In this document: positions 48,169 to 58,210 of the stretch, piece by piece
Layout of the letters: each line of letters begins with the position of its first letter
Position numbering within the stretch: position 1 is the stretch's first letter
NCBI GenBank assembly: GCA_963716985.1
Contig: OY970323.1
Location: forward strand, 128,001-192,000
Direction: 5' to 3'
Origin: an uncultured bacterium
Lineage (GTDB): Bacteria > Chlamydiota > Chlamydiia > Chlamydiales > SM23-39
Length of the DNA: 64,000 nt
Notes under the pieces: generated by a model
The model's input: the letters and a program-made list of their open reading frames with translations, nothing else
The model's database searches: none
Told to the model about the DNA's origin: nothing
Made by a program: the position numbers and the translations under genes

Positions 48169-50766
48169 ATGAAGAAGTTGATGATCTTTACTTTTCTTTT
48201 TTTTCTTTCACAGTTTCTCTTCGCTGAAGATCTAGCGGGATTAAAACCAAGACAGCCCAATTGGCGGTCCGACACGGTTTCGATTCATCCGAATGGAAAT
48301 CCCAAAGAGGTTATTTTTTATGAACCAACTCTTGAGGGAAAGGAAATTCCCGTAAAAAAGGTCACGTTTTATGAGGGGAGTGCGATTGCACAAGAAGTGG
48401 ATTTGATTCAGGTAGAAAAAGATTCTCCGGCTTATCAAAAATGGTCCTTTCCATTGGTCCCAAACGGAAGATGCGTGGATCTCTTTGAATCCGGCAAAGT
48501 GCAAAAGGTTTCTTTCTATGACAAAGGGTTTTTGGAAGGAGAAGTGATTGGCTATCATTCGAATGGAAACATCGCTTCCAAGTTTTTCTATCAATCAGGA
48601 GAACTTTCGGGACATTATGAGACTTGCTATGAAGAGGGGGGAAAAAAGGAGGAGGGGAGTTATAGCAGAGGGAAGCTTGTCTCGGAAAAGGTGGCCTACA
48701 CTCCCGCGCAGGAAAAAGTCTCGCTTTATACCTATGTGGATGGTCTTTTGGAGGGAAAGGGAACCGAGTGGTATCCCAACGGAGGCGTCAAAAACGAATC
48801 CTACTATCATCAAGGATTGTTGCATGGAAATGAGAAGAATCCCGCCTTCATTTTTTATGATGAGAAGCACGCGATCTTAGAAGTGCTCGATTTTAGGGAA
48901 GGAAAAGCTACGGGCCTTCATATCAAATACCATCCTAACGGCAAAGAGAGTTATCGCGTCCTTTATAAAGAAGGGAAGAAAGAGGGAAAAGAGTACTTTT
49001 TTTCTCCCGAGGGAAAGATTATTGGTGCGGGAGAATTTCAATCGGGCAAAGCGATCGGGAAGCATGATCTTCACCATCCGAATGGAAAGCTTTTCTATGA
49101 AAAGGTCTATGACTCTTCGGGAAATCTCCTTCGTCCCATTGTGGAATATGATGCGGAAGGAAATAAGGTAAGAGAATACTCCCTTAAAGAAGAGCGTCTT
49201 GAAGGGAAATATTGGGAATATCAAGAAAAAGGAGCGCTCCGTTTGGAGCATTTTTATTCAGAGGGACAATTGCAAGGGGAGCAAAAGGAGTTTTTTCCCT
49301 CCGGGCAGATAAAAATTCGCTGTTTTTACAAAGACAATAAACGAGACGGTCTTTATGAAGAATGGCATGAAAATGGAACGTTGATCGCAAAAATGAACTT
49401 CAAAGATGACCGGATGGATGGAGTTTCTCAAGAATGGTTTGCTTCCGGCAAGCGCAAAAGAGAGTCCTGTTTTTCTAAAGGAAGCCCCACCGAAAGATTT
49501 TCTGAATGGTTTGAAAATGAAAAAGAAAAGCTTGTGATGGAATGGAAAGAGGGAAAGAAATTGGGAATACATAAGATTTGGGATGAACAGGGAGACTTGC
49601 TCTTGGATGCTCAATATAAGGAGGATCTGTTGGACGGAGATTGTTTTTCTTGGTTCTCCAAGGGAAAGCCAAAAGAAAAACTTCATTATGAAATGGGCAA
49701 GATGCATGGAAAACAAGAGTGGTTCTACCCGAACGGAAACAAACAGAGGGTTGCTTTTTACGACCATGACCTTTTCGATCAGAGACTGCAGGCATGGTAT
49801 GAGGATGGGTCGGAACATCTCGATCAGACCTTTTCTAAAGGCCGGCCTATCGGAGATCAGCATGACTATTATCCCCCCTCTTTTTGCGAACATTCACAGA
49901 GCAAACAGCACGTTCGATGGTTTCACTATGATGACGAGGGAAAAATGCAGGGAGAGCAGAAGACCTTTTTCCCCAACGGAAAGGTCGAAGCGCTTGTGAC
50001 CTACGAGCATGGAGAGCTTCACGGAGTGAAATCCCTTTGGGACCGCGAAGGCAATCTTCTCGAACAGGCGACTTACGCAAAAGGAAAGCTTGAAGGAGAG
50101 TTTTTTCAAAAGCTTCCTGACGGAAGAGAGGTCTATTTCACCTATAAAAACAATTTCAAAAACGGCCCGCATCGTATTTTTTATCCGCAGCAAAAAGAAA
50201 AGGAGAGAATCAAGGCAATCCAGGCAAATTATAAAGATGATCTCTTGGACGGAAAGGTAGAAGAGTATAATCCAGAGGGAGTTTTGATGGCCGAATCCCT
50301 CTATTGCAAGGGAAAAAGGGAGGGGCTCACAACGCTTTTCTCTCCCCAGGGAAAGAAATGGATGACGGTCGCATTCAAAGGGGATGTAAAAGAGGGGCCA
50401 TGCACGGAGTATTCTCCCGAGGGAAAAATTCTCAAAGAGGTTACTTTTGTCAACGACCTGAAAGAGGGCGAGGAAAAATCTTTCTTCCCTAGCGGGTCTA
50501 AAGCCTCTCTCTCCATTTATAAAAAGGGACTTTTGGAGGACAAAAGCTTCTATTGGAACGAAAAGGGAGTCCTTGTTTTCGAAGGAGCCTACCAAGCCGG
50601 CAAGCGTCATGGGAAGATGATGAAATATAATGAAGAGGGAAAGCCTATTCTGGAACAAAATTTCTTGAACGACGAGCTCCATGGAGTCAAAAAGAAATAT
50701 GAGAAATCGGGAGAGGTTTTTCAGGTTTTCTATGACCATGGAAATAAGGTAGAAAAGAAGAAATAA
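48169..50766 (+). CDS. Exported MORN-variant repeat protein (YwqK-like repeats)
   Basis: Signal peptide MKKLMIF...LFA and many G..(H/E)G....(Y/W)(Y/H).NG repeats throughout. Confidence 0.88.
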   Translation: MKKLMIFTFLFFLSQFLFAEDLAGLKPRQPNWRSDTVSIHPNGNPKEVIFYEPTLEGKEIPVKKVTFYEGSAIAQEVDLIQVEKDSPAYQKWSFPLVPNGRCVDLFESGKVQKVSFYDKGFLEGEVIGYHSNGNIASKFFYQSGELSGHYETCYEEGGKKEEGSYSRGKLVSEKVAYTPAQEKVSLYTYVDGLLEGKGTEWYPNGGVKNESYYHQGLLHGNEKNPAFIFYDEKHAILEVLDFREGKATGLHIKYHPNGKESYRVLYKEGKKEGKEYFFSPEGKIIGAGEFQSGKAIGKHDLHHPNGKLFYEKVYDSSGNLLRPIVEYDAEGNKVREYSLKEERLEGKYWEYQEKGALRLEHFYSEGQLQGEQKEFFPSGQIKIRCFYKDNKRDGLYEEWHENGTLIAKMNFKDDRMDGVSQEWFASGKRKRESCFSKGSPTERFSEWFENEKEKLVMEWKEGKKLGIHKIWDEQGDLLLDAQYKEDLLDGDCFSWFSKGKPKEKLHYEMGKMHGKQEWFYPNGNKQRVAFYDHDLFDQRLQAWYEDGSEHLDQTFSKGRPIGDQHDYYPPSFCEHSQSKQHVRWFHYDDEGKMQGEQKTFFPNGKVEALVTYEHGELHGVKSLWDREGNLLEQATYAKGKLEGEFFQKLPDGREVYFTYKNNFKNGPHRIFYPQQKEKERIKAIQANYKDDLLDGKVEEYNPEGVLMAESLYCKGKREGLTTLFSPQGKKWMTVAFKGDVKEGPCTEYSPEGKILKEVTFVNDLKEGEEKSFFPSGSKASLSIYKKGLLEDKSFYWNEKGVLVFEGAYQAGKRHGKMMKYNEEGKPILEQNFLNDELHGVKKKYEKSGEVFQVFYDHGNKVEKKK

Positions 50767-50822
50767 TCGAGCGCCCGAGGAGACTTTCTTTCGTGCACCT
50801 TAAGAGATGCGATCGGGCCTTT

Positions 50823-51596
50823 CTAAAGAGAGAAGAACGAGAGGGCGTTGGCTTTTGTGGCGTCTGCGATCTTCTCGAGGGAATCATTTCGCAAGCGCGC
50901 AAGGGCTTTTGCCACCTCGGGAAGAAACGAGGGTTCATTTCTCTTGCCTCGATGGGGAGTTGGCGCAAGATAAGGGGCATCGGTCTCGATGAGCATTCTT
51001 TCTAGAGGAACGTAAGCGGCCACTTCGTGCAACGAGGGGTTTTTTGCGAAAGAAACAATCCCGCTAAAAGAAATCATCCAGCCCAAATCGAGCGCTTCTT
51101 TTGCTTCGAGGAGCGTTCCCGTAAAACAGTGAAGAAGAGCTCTTGGGCTCTTATATTCGCTTTTTGCAAGTGCAAAAAGGTCTTCAAAGGCCTCTCGGCA
51201 GTGAATGATAACGGGAAGATCAGAGCTTAAAGCGAGCTGAAAGTATTGGACTAAGAGTTTTTTTTGACTCTCTTTGCTCGATGGGTGGTAATGGTAATCG
51301 AGTCCTGTCTCTCCGATCGCTTGGATCTTTTTTTCTTTTGCGGCTTTGGAAAAAAACGGAAAATGGAGATCTCCTTCTTTTGCAGCATCGTGGGGAGTTG
51401 TGGCGGCAGCGAGCGAAATCCAAGGATATTGCTCGCAGAGTCTCAACCCTTGCCCTAATGCGGAAGGGTCGATGCAAACGTTGATGATTCTTTCGATGTT
51501 TTTTTGCTTTGCACGTGATAGAATTTCTCCTAATTCCTCTTCGGGGAAAAGAGAGAGGTGTGCATGAGAGTCGATGAAAGAGAGTTTTTGTTGCAT
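50823..51596 (-). CDS. tatD: TatD family DNase
   Basis: DSHAHL, IGETGLDY, IHCREA, HCFTG and ETDAPYLAP. Confidence 0.95.
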   Translation of the reverse strand: MQQKLSFIDSHAHLSLFPEEELGEILSRAKQKNIERIINVCIDPSALGQGLRLCEQYPWISLAAATTPHDAAKEGDLHFPFFSKAAKEKKIQAIGETGLDYHYHPSSKESQKKLLVQYFQLALSSDLPVIIHCREAFEDLFALAKSEYKSPRALLHCFTGTLLEAKEALDLGWMISFSGIVSFAKNPSLHEVAAYVPLERMLIETDAPYLAPTPHRGKRNEPSFLPEVAKALARLRNDSLEKIADATKANALSFFSL

Positions 51597-51709
51597 GAGA
51601 TGAAGTGGCTTTTTGCCAAAGGATAATGCGATCGGCCAACTTTGGCAAATGCTTCTTTTCCTCAAATGAAAAAAATGCAAAAATGGATAGGGAACATTAG
51701 AGGAAGTGT

Positions 51710-52426
51710 GTGAAAGAGATTATTGCTGTTGCCCCTTTTTTTTCTGCTTATACTCAATCGGACCTTTTTGGAAAGCTGGTCTTTTTGGGACTTTTTTTTC
51801 TATCGTTTATCTCCTGGATGGTGCTTCTCCACAAGCTGTTTTTGATGCGCAAATTGAGGCGCATGGGCCAACAATTTGAGTATATTCTTTCCCAGCACTC
51901 CGGCCATTTTTTAGGCTTTAGTGAAGGAACTCTTGCGATGACGTCCCATCCCCATTTCGAGGTGTTTCGCATTCTGAAACAGAAAACGATCGAGCTTCTC
52001 AATAAGAATCGCGAATATGCGCAAAATAAAGAAGAGGTGACCCTTTCTCAATATGATATCGAGTGGATTGAAACGCATCTGGAAACAACGCTCTCTTCTC
52101 AAGTCAAGGAAATGGAAAAAAATCTCTTCATCCTCTCCACGGTAGTGACGCTTGCTCCTTTTTTGGGGCTTTTGGGAACCGTATGGGGAATCTCGATTAC
52201 CTTTGCAAATTTGCATGGGTCGGCCATGGCCATGGGAAACTCAGCGGTTCTCTCGGGCCTTGCGATGGCGCTTGGAACAACGGTTGTGGGACTGGTGGTT
52301 GCGATTCCCGCTTTGGTTGCCTATAACTATCTGAAAAACAGCGTCCGTGATTTTGCCAAGGACCTGGAGATTTTTTCTCATCGAATGCTTTCTATGGTTG
52401 AGATCCAATATCGTAAGGTAGACTGA
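51710..52426 (+). CDS. tolQ: TolQ/ExbB proton channel
   Basis: APFLGLLGTVWGI and ALGTTVVGLVVAIPA. Confidence 0.92.
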   Translation: MKEIIAVAPFFSAYTQSDLFGKLVFLGLFFLSFISWMVLLHKLFLMRKLRRMGQQFEYILSQHSGHFLGFSEGTLAMTSHPHFEVFRILKQKTIELLNKNREYAQNKEEVTLSQYDIEWIETHLETTLSSQVKEMEKNLFILSTVVTLAPFLGLLGTVWGISITFANLHGSAMAMGNSAVLSGLAMALGTTVVGLVVAIPALVAYNYLKNSVRDFAKDLEIFSHRMLSMVEIQYRKVD

Positions 52427-52845
52427 TGCGAAAAAAACGAAGTTTTTCAGATTCTTCCGTCCTTGACGAGACACTCATCAACTTGACGCCTTTGATCGAC
52501 GTTGTTTTTGTCGTACTCGTTGCTTTCATACTCATAGCGCCTCTTTTGGAGATGGATCAGATTGATTTAGCGGCAGGCGGAAAAACGTCTCAAAGAGATC
52601 TCTCCGGGAGGGGAGCTATTTGCATTTACGTGAAGGCGGATGATTCGATCTGGATGCGCAATCGTCCGGTGAGCTTGCAAGAACTGAGCGGTATTTTGAA
52701 AGAAGCGCATGAGCGCTCCCCTCAAGAAATCCCGCAAGTCTTTCATGACCGCAAAGCCTGTTTCGGCACCTATCAAACCCTCAAAAGTTGCGTGGAAGAG
52801 GCGGGATTTGAGCAGATGCATGTCTTTTTGAAGTCAAATAATTAA
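52426..52845 (+). CDS. tolR: TolR/ExbD
   Basis: INLTPLIDVVFVVL. Confidence 0.92.
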   Translation: MRKKRSFSDSSVLDETLINLTPLIDVVFVVLVAFILIAPLLEMDQIDLAAGGKTSQRDLSGRGAICIYVKADDSIWMRNRPVSLQELSGILKEAHERSPQEIPQVFHDRKACFGTYQTLKSCVEEAGFEQMHVFLKSNN

Positions 52846-52849
52846 ACCC

Positions 52850-53740
52850 ATGCAAAATCTCTATCGCATAGGATTTCGGACGATTTTTCTGGTGGGAGTT
52901 AGCCACTTGCTTCTGGTTGTTTTCTTTTTGATCGCCAAAACTCCTTTGCGCCCCGCCCACAAAACCATCCTTGTGAAAAGTTTTTCTGCGCCCTCTGTTT
53001 TTCAAGAGCGCACACCTCTTGCCAAACCTACAAAAGAGACCCAAAAGCCTACTCTAGAATCGATCGTTCCGAAAGAGAGGATGTCTGCGGCAGTGAAGGA
53101 AATGCCCAAAAAAGAGATCATTGAAAAGAAAGAAAACACTATCCCTTCAGAAAAAAAAACCACCTCTTTGAAAAAATACAGCCCGAAATTGGCGTCGGAG
53201 TCCTTCAAAAAGAGCGGTTTGGTTCAGAAAAAAAATCTCCAAGAAAAGGTTTCTCGATCGGGGGAAAGGCCGAAAGTGCGGCCGAAAGAGGAGGGCAGTC
53301 GGCCCCCTCTGCAAAGAGAGTATGCAGAGTCTTTGGTCAAGGAGATAGAAAAAAATATTGCTTTTCTTGCTCATCCCTCGGGAAAGCAGAGTTCGTGGGC
53401 GGAAATCAAAGTGCCCTCTTATGTCCAGCCCTCCTCCCTTGAAGCAAAGGTGGAAAATGCGCCTTTTTCCTCGAACGAATCCTCAGTTTATCAAGATCGG
53501 CTCATTCAGGATTTGAAAAATAATCTCAAGCTGCCCGAATATGGAGAGGTAAAATTGCTCGTGAGAATTTCTTCTAAAGGAGATGTGATAAAAGCCGAGG
53601 TTCTCTCTTCTAGAAGCGAAAGGAACAAAGGTTATTTGCAAAAAGAACTCTTGCGATTACAATTTGCCTGGTTCCCCCAGGTTCTGTCAGAGGCTCCTTT
53701 TTATGATTTTGTTATTACATTTCAAAACGAGAACCCGTAA
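52850..53740 (+). CDS. TolA/TonB-like protein
   Basis: N-terminal TM with SH, Lys/Glu/Pro-rich linker, C-terminal LP..G.V domain. Lies between tolR and tolB. Confidence 0.75.
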   Translation: MQNLYRIGFRTIFLVGVSHLLLVVFFLIAKTPLRPAHKTILVKSFSAPSVFQERTPLAKPTKETQKPTLESIVPKERMSAAVKEMPKKEIIEKKENTIPSEKKTTSLKKYSPKLASESFKKSGLVQKKNLQEKVSRSGERPKVRPKEEGSRPPLQREYAESLVKEIEKNIAFLAHPSGKQSSWAEIKVPSYVQPSSLEAKVENAPFSSNESSVYQDRLIQDLKNNLKLPEYGEVKLLVRISSKGDVIKAEVLSSRSERNKGYLQKELLRLQFAWFPQVLSEAPFYDFVITFQNENP

Positions 53741-53749
53741 AGGTAAAAA

Positions 53750-55111
53750 ATGTTTGATAAAATAAAAAATCTTTTGTTCGATCTTCTGCTCTTTTCCCCT
53801 TTTCTTTTGCAAGCGGAAGAAGAGCTTCATGTGGTTTTGCCGACGCAATCACAGCTTGCCTTTCTTTATCGATCCCCCATCTACTGCCAAGAATCGAGTT
53901 TTGAAAGGATCTACGTACAAGAGCTGCAGAGGATCTATCATCAGGATCTGGACCAAAGCGGCGTTTTTCTCGTGGCAAAAGAGCAGGAAGAGAAGAATCT
54001 TCTTTTAAGTAAATCAAATCCCGAAGAAGCGTTTGATGCAAAGGTTTGGAAAAAGGAAAAAATTTCCTATGTGATCAAAGCCGTTTCTTCTCAAAAGGAA
54101 GTGGAGGTGCAGGTCTATAATCCCCATGAATCGAAACTTTGGAAATTCAAGGCCGACTTGACGGGGCGCTTTGCGGAAGATCGGCAGAAAATGCACCGGC
54201 TTTGCGATTATCTCATTGAAAGGCTGACGGGGAAAAAAGGCGTTGCCAGCGGCAGAATCCTCTATACTGTAAGAGTTCCCAACCCCGCATCCAACGGGCC
54301 CAAATGGATTTCTGAGGTTTGGATCTGCGATCGAGACGGCTCGAATGCCCATGCGGTCACGGCGGAGAAGAGTTATGCGATGCATCCTCTCTTCATGTCC
54401 ATGAGAAATCCGGGAGATTTTATCTATGTTTCCTATAAAGACGGCCAGCCCAAGATCTACCACTTTTGGGCAGAAAAAAAAGATTCCACGCCCCTCATTT
54501 CTTTGCGAGGCAATCAGATTTTGCCCGCTTTTTCGGCCGCAAAAGATTGTCTTGCCTTTATTTGCGACGCTGCCGGACGGCCCGATCTTTTCTTGCAAAG
54601 GTTGGACGCAAGAGGAGAGGCGATAGGCAAGCCCTTGCAGCTTTTTTCCTTTCCAAGGGCCACGCAAGCCTCGCCGACCTTTTCTCCCGATGGGAGAAAC
54701 ATTGCTTTTGTCTCCGACAAAGATGGCCCCCCTAGAATTTATGTGGTCCGGATTCCGGAAGATATTTCTTTTCATAAACGGCCGGAGGCAGCGCTCATAA
54801 CGAAGAAGAATCGGGAAAACGTTTCTCCTGCATGGTCTCCCGACGGGACAAAAATTGCTTACAGCGCCAAAACCGATGGGGTGCGGCAGATATGGATCTA
54901 TGATTTTCAAACAAATGACGAGTGGCAATTAACAAAAAGCTCCGGCAATAAAGAGAATCCTTCTTGGGCAAAAGATAGTTTGCACCTTATTTATAATACC
55001 GATGATCAAAATTCGGGCGAGCTTTATGTTATTGATTTAAATTTACAAACACCTGTTAAAATAACAAATGGGTTTGGAAAAAAACGATTTCCATGTTGGG
55101 AGCCTTTCTGA
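53750..55111 (+). CDS. tolB: Tol-Pal beta-propeller protein
   Basis: PD40 repeats SPTFSPDG, SPAWSPDG and NPSW. Confidence 0.93.
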   Translation: MFDKIKNLLFDLLLFSPFLLQAEEELHVVLPTQSQLAFLYRSPIYCQESSFERIYVQELQRIYHQDLDQSGVFLVAKEQEEKNLLLSKSNPEEAFDAKVWKKEKISYVIKAVSSQKEVEVQVYNPHESKLWKFKADLTGRFAEDRQKMHRLCDYLIERLTGKKGVASGRILYTVRVPNPASNGPKWISEVWICDRDGSNAHAVTAEKSYAMHPLFMSMRNPGDFIYVSYKDGQPKIYHFWAEKKDSTPLISLRGNQILPAFSAAKDCLAFICDAAGRPDLFLQRLDARGEAIGKPLQLFSFPRATQASPTFSPDGRNIAFVSDKDGPPRIYVVRIPEDISFHKRPEAALITKKNRENVSPAWSPDGTKIAYSAKTDGVRQIWIYDFQTNDEWQLTKSSGNKENPSWAKDSLHLIYNTDDQNSGELYVIDLNLQTPVKITNGFGKKRFPCWEPF

Positions 55112-55149
55112 TATCTTGGAAATTATGAAAAACATTTCATGAGGTCAAT

Positions 55150-55836
55150 ATGAAAAAATATTTCTTTGCCTTTCTATGCGCTTGCATGGTTTTGAGCCTT
55201 GCAAGTTGTCAAAAAGGTAAAAAAAATGGGTGGGATGATATTAAAACCGCTGGCCGTTATATGAATCGAGGAATCGATACGATGTTTGGCAAGCCTTATG
55301 ATTCTCGTTTGATTGATAAAGAAGGTGATTTTGCAGGTCCTAATAAAGAACAGTTTGTTGCTTTGAGAGATAAGGATCTTCATACGCAATTTGCATCCAC
55401 TGATATGGCGCTCTCTCAGCCGTCGGTCTTCCCCGGAGAAAAGGGAAGCGGACTTCCCGGATTGCAAAGTTTTTACGCGCCTCCTGCAGAACTGGTCGCG
55501 GTCTTTCAAATGATTCATTTCGACACCAATGATTCTCAGGTGCGCTCGACTCGAGATTTCGAGGCGATTCGTCAGATTGCCGATTACGTGAAGGCCCATT
55601 CTTCCGTCTATCTTTGCCTGGAAGGGCATTGTGATGAAAGAGCGTCTGCTGCTTTCAACATGGCACTTGGAACGAGAAGAGCCAATCAGGTACGATCTTT
55701 GCTTATTAAGCAGGGAGTGGACATCAACCACCTCTTCCCGGTTTCCTATGGAAAGGAAAAGCCTTTGGCTTCGGGTCATGAGGAGAGTGATTGGCGGCAG
55801 AATCGAAGAGTTGAATTTAAGCTGTATCAAAAATGA
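55150..55836 (+). CDS. pal: Peptidoglycan-associated lipoprotein
   Basis: Lipobox LASC, IHFD, EGHCDER, SYGKEKP and NRRVEF. Confidence 0.93.
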   Translation: MKKYFFAFLCACMVLSLASCQKGKKNGWDDIKTAGRYMNRGIDTMFGKPYDSRLIDKEGDFAGPNKEQFVALRDKDLHTQFASTDMALSQPSVFPGEKGSGLPGLQSFYAPPAELVAVFQMIHFDTNDSQVRSTRDFEAIRQIADYVKAHSSVYLCLEGHCDERASAAFNMALGTRRANQVRSLLIKQGVDINHLFPVSYGKEKPLASGHEESDWRQNRRVEFKLYQK

Positions 55837-56453
55837 TCAAGAAAAAACAGTTGTTCCTTTTATGCATCCTCTCATCTTTTGGGTTGGGAGGATGTTTTTT
55901 TGCTAGTAGCCGCTCGAGCGGGGAGACTCCCGCTGCAGATGTTGCCTTGCAGCAAGTGCAGACGCGTCTTGATGATTCCCACCATGATTTGCACTGCATG
56001 CAGGCGGATTTTCAGATCATCGAATCGCGCATCAAACAGTTGGAAATTTCGATTGCGAACCTGAAAAATCTATCGCGACAACTCCAATCGCTGGAGATGA
56101 GGCAGCAAGAGATTCTCAAGGATATCAAACAGCTCTCTTCTCATGCCAATGAAACGACAGCTTCTTTTTCTCAGTATAAAAATCGTTTGGGCGAGCTGGA
56201 GAAAGAGATCTCTTCCCAGCATCAGAAACTCAATGAAGTGCATCAGCTCAAAGGTTCTTTAGAGTCCGTTGCGGAGTCGATCAAACAGATTTCCTCGCAA
56301 GATGCAACCTATCGGGTGCGCACCGGGGATTCATTGGAAAAAATCGCGCGCAAGTACAGGGTCTCTCTGGAGTCGCTCAGAAAGGCCAACGGTTTGGATC
56401 AGGATCGTATCATGGTGGGGCAGGAATTAAAGATTCCGCCGATTCATCCATAA
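55833..56453 (+). CDS. Coiled-coil plus LysM lipoprotein
   Basis: Lipobox LGGC and C-terminal YRVRTGDSLEKIARKY...GQELKIP. Confidence 0.88.
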   Translation: MIKKKQLFLLCILSSFGLGGCFFASSRSSGETPAADVALQQVQTRLDDSHHDLHCMQADFQIIESRIKQLEISIANLKNLSRQLQSLEMRQQEILKDIKQLSSHANETTASFSQYKNRLGELEKEISSQHQKLNEVHQLKGSLESVAESIKQISSQDATYRVRTGDSLEKIARKYRVSLESLRKANGLDQDRIMVGQELKIPPIHP

Positions 56454-57262
56454 TGTCTGAGAGTTTTATCGCTATTTTTGATTCAGGACTCGGAGGGCTT
56501 ACCATCCTGCGCGAGGTGATGCGCATCCTTCCTTCTGAAAATCTTCTCTATTTTGGCGACATGGCGCGCGTTCCCTATGGGGGAAGAAGCCCAAAGACAA
56601 TCGTGCGCTATGCAATGGAGAACATTCGTTTTTTAATGCAGCGGCGCATCAAGTGTCTTGTCATTGCTTGCCATACCGTATCTGCCTATGCTTTGCCGGA
56701 TCTGCAAAGAGAATTTTCCCTTCCGATCCTTGGCGTCATCGAGCCTGCCGTTGAAGAAGTTCTCAAAAATAAGAGCGCGCGCCACATCCTCATTTTAGCA
56801 ACTGCGGCAACGATTGCGTCAAACATCTATCCAAAGCTGATTTTGGAAAAAAGGCCGCATATGAAGATTACTTCGATTGCAGCCCCTCTTTTTGTCCCGC
56901 TTGTGGAAGAAGGGGTGATTGCGCATCCTGCGACCGATCTCATCGTAAAAGAGTATTTACGAGCGGTCGAAGGACAAAAAATAGATGCGGCCCTTCTCGG
57001 CTGCACCCATTACCCATTAATCAAAGAAGCGATACAGAAAGGATTAGGTCCCGGCGTTTCCTTGATTGAGGCAGGCCCATTGACTGCAAAGAGTCTTTTC
57101 GATCTCCTTGATGCACGGGGGCTTCTTTCGCCATCCAAAAAAAGAAAACTCTCTTTTATCGTCACGGATCATCGGGAAAAATTTTGCAGGATGGCCTCTT
57201 CCTTTTTGGGACAAGCAATTGATCCTAAAGATGTTGAGGAAGTGGACGTCACTTCCTTATAA
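56453..57262 (+). CDS. murI: Glutamate racemase
   Basis: FDSGLGGL, PYG, ACHT and LGCTHYP. Confidence 0.95.
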   Translation: MSESFIAIFDSGLGGLTILREVMRILPSENLLYFGDMARVPYGGRSPKTIVRYAMENIRFLMQRRIKCLVIACHTVSAYALPDLQREFSLPILGVIEPAVEEVLKNKSARHILILATAATIASNIYPKLILEKRPHMKITSIAAPLFVPLVEEGVIAHPATDLIVKEYLRAVEGQKIDAALLGCTHYPLIKEAIQKGLGPGVSLIEAGPLTAKSLFDLLDARGLLSPSKKRKLSFIVTDHREKFCRMASSFLGQAIDPKDVEEVDVTSL

Positions 57263-57468
57263 TAGAGCCGCCTTTTCTGTGGGTCCGCTTCGTTGCAAAA
57301 ACCCACCGATCTGCCCATAGAGGATCGTATAGGAAGAGAAAATCGACCTTTTCCCGAAAACTCCTCGCATCAAAAAGGGAGATACAACTCTTTTTTAAAA
57401 GAATCTTTCAAATAAAAATTTATCAGATTATTCTATTTTATGTGGTTGCACTCAAACGCGGGGAGAAT

Positions 57469-58209
57469 ATGGCTTCCAAAAAACGCATTTTGCTCATTGA
57501 GGATGAAGAAGATATCGCTTCTCTTATCAAGCTTCATGCAGAGATCTTCGGTTATAGGCTTTACGTGGAAGTAGATGGGGTCAATGGCTTTCGCGCTATT
57601 GAAAGAGAAAAGCCGGATCTGGTCCTTTTGGATATCATGCTCCCCGGAGAAAATGGATTTGATATTTGCCGCAAAATGAAAAGCTCTGCATCTTTTCGAA
57701 AAATCCCGATCATTATTATATCTGCTAAAACGCAGGAAATCGACATGATTTTAGGGCTGGAGCTTGGAGCAGATGATTACATGCCCAAGCCTTTTTCTTT
57801 GCAACTGCTTTTTTCTAAGATCAAGGCCCTGCTCAGACGCACCCAGGAAAAGGGGAAAGAAAAAAAGATCTTTGCTTTTGGAGATTTTCTTCTGGACACC
57901 GATCGATTCCTTTTCAAAAAAGAGAACAAGAATATTGCGCTGACTCTATCGGAATTTGGTATTTTGCGGCGCCTTTTGAGCAATCGGGGAGAGGTTCTTT
58001 CGCGAAGCCAGCTGCTCGACGATGTCAATAACGATGAGGATTTTATCATCGATCGCAACATTGACGTGCACATCGCATCTTTAAGAAAAAAACTGGGCCT
58101 TCATTCCGAGTGGATCGAAACGGTTCGCGGGATCGGCTATCGCTTTACGGAAGAGGAGAGGCCAAGCCCGAGGAAAACAAAGGCCGCAAAAGAAGATGCA
58201 AATCATTGA
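57469..58209 (+). CDS. OmpR/PhoB-family response regulator
   Basis: IEDE, DLVLLDIMLPG, GADDYMPKPF, IDVHIASLRKKL and ETVRGIGY. Confidence 0.93.
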   Translation: MASKKRILLIEDEEDIASLIKLHAEIFGYRLYVEVDGVNGFRAIEREKPDLVLLDIMLPGENGFDICRKMKSSASFRKIPIIIISAKTQEIDMILGLELGADDYMPKPFSLQLLFSKIKALLRRTQEKGKEKKIFAFGDFLLDTDRFLFKKENKNIALTLSEFGILRRLLSNRGEVLSRSQLLDDVNNDEDFIIDRNIDVHIASLRKKLGLHSEWIETVRGIGYRFTEEERPSPRKTKAAKEDANH

Positions 58210-58210
58210 T

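Noticed and set aside
48169..50766. YwqK toxin-antitoxin system
   Set aside because: No adjacent toxin. The label reflects generic MORN-variant repeats, and the protein has a signal peptide.
49258..55830. Long antisense ORFs (e.g. 49894..50739, 54014..54928, 55174..55830; likewise 11009..11683 and 23177..23764 elsewhere)
   Set aside because: Shadows of well-supported genes on the opposite strand, with no recognisable motifs.
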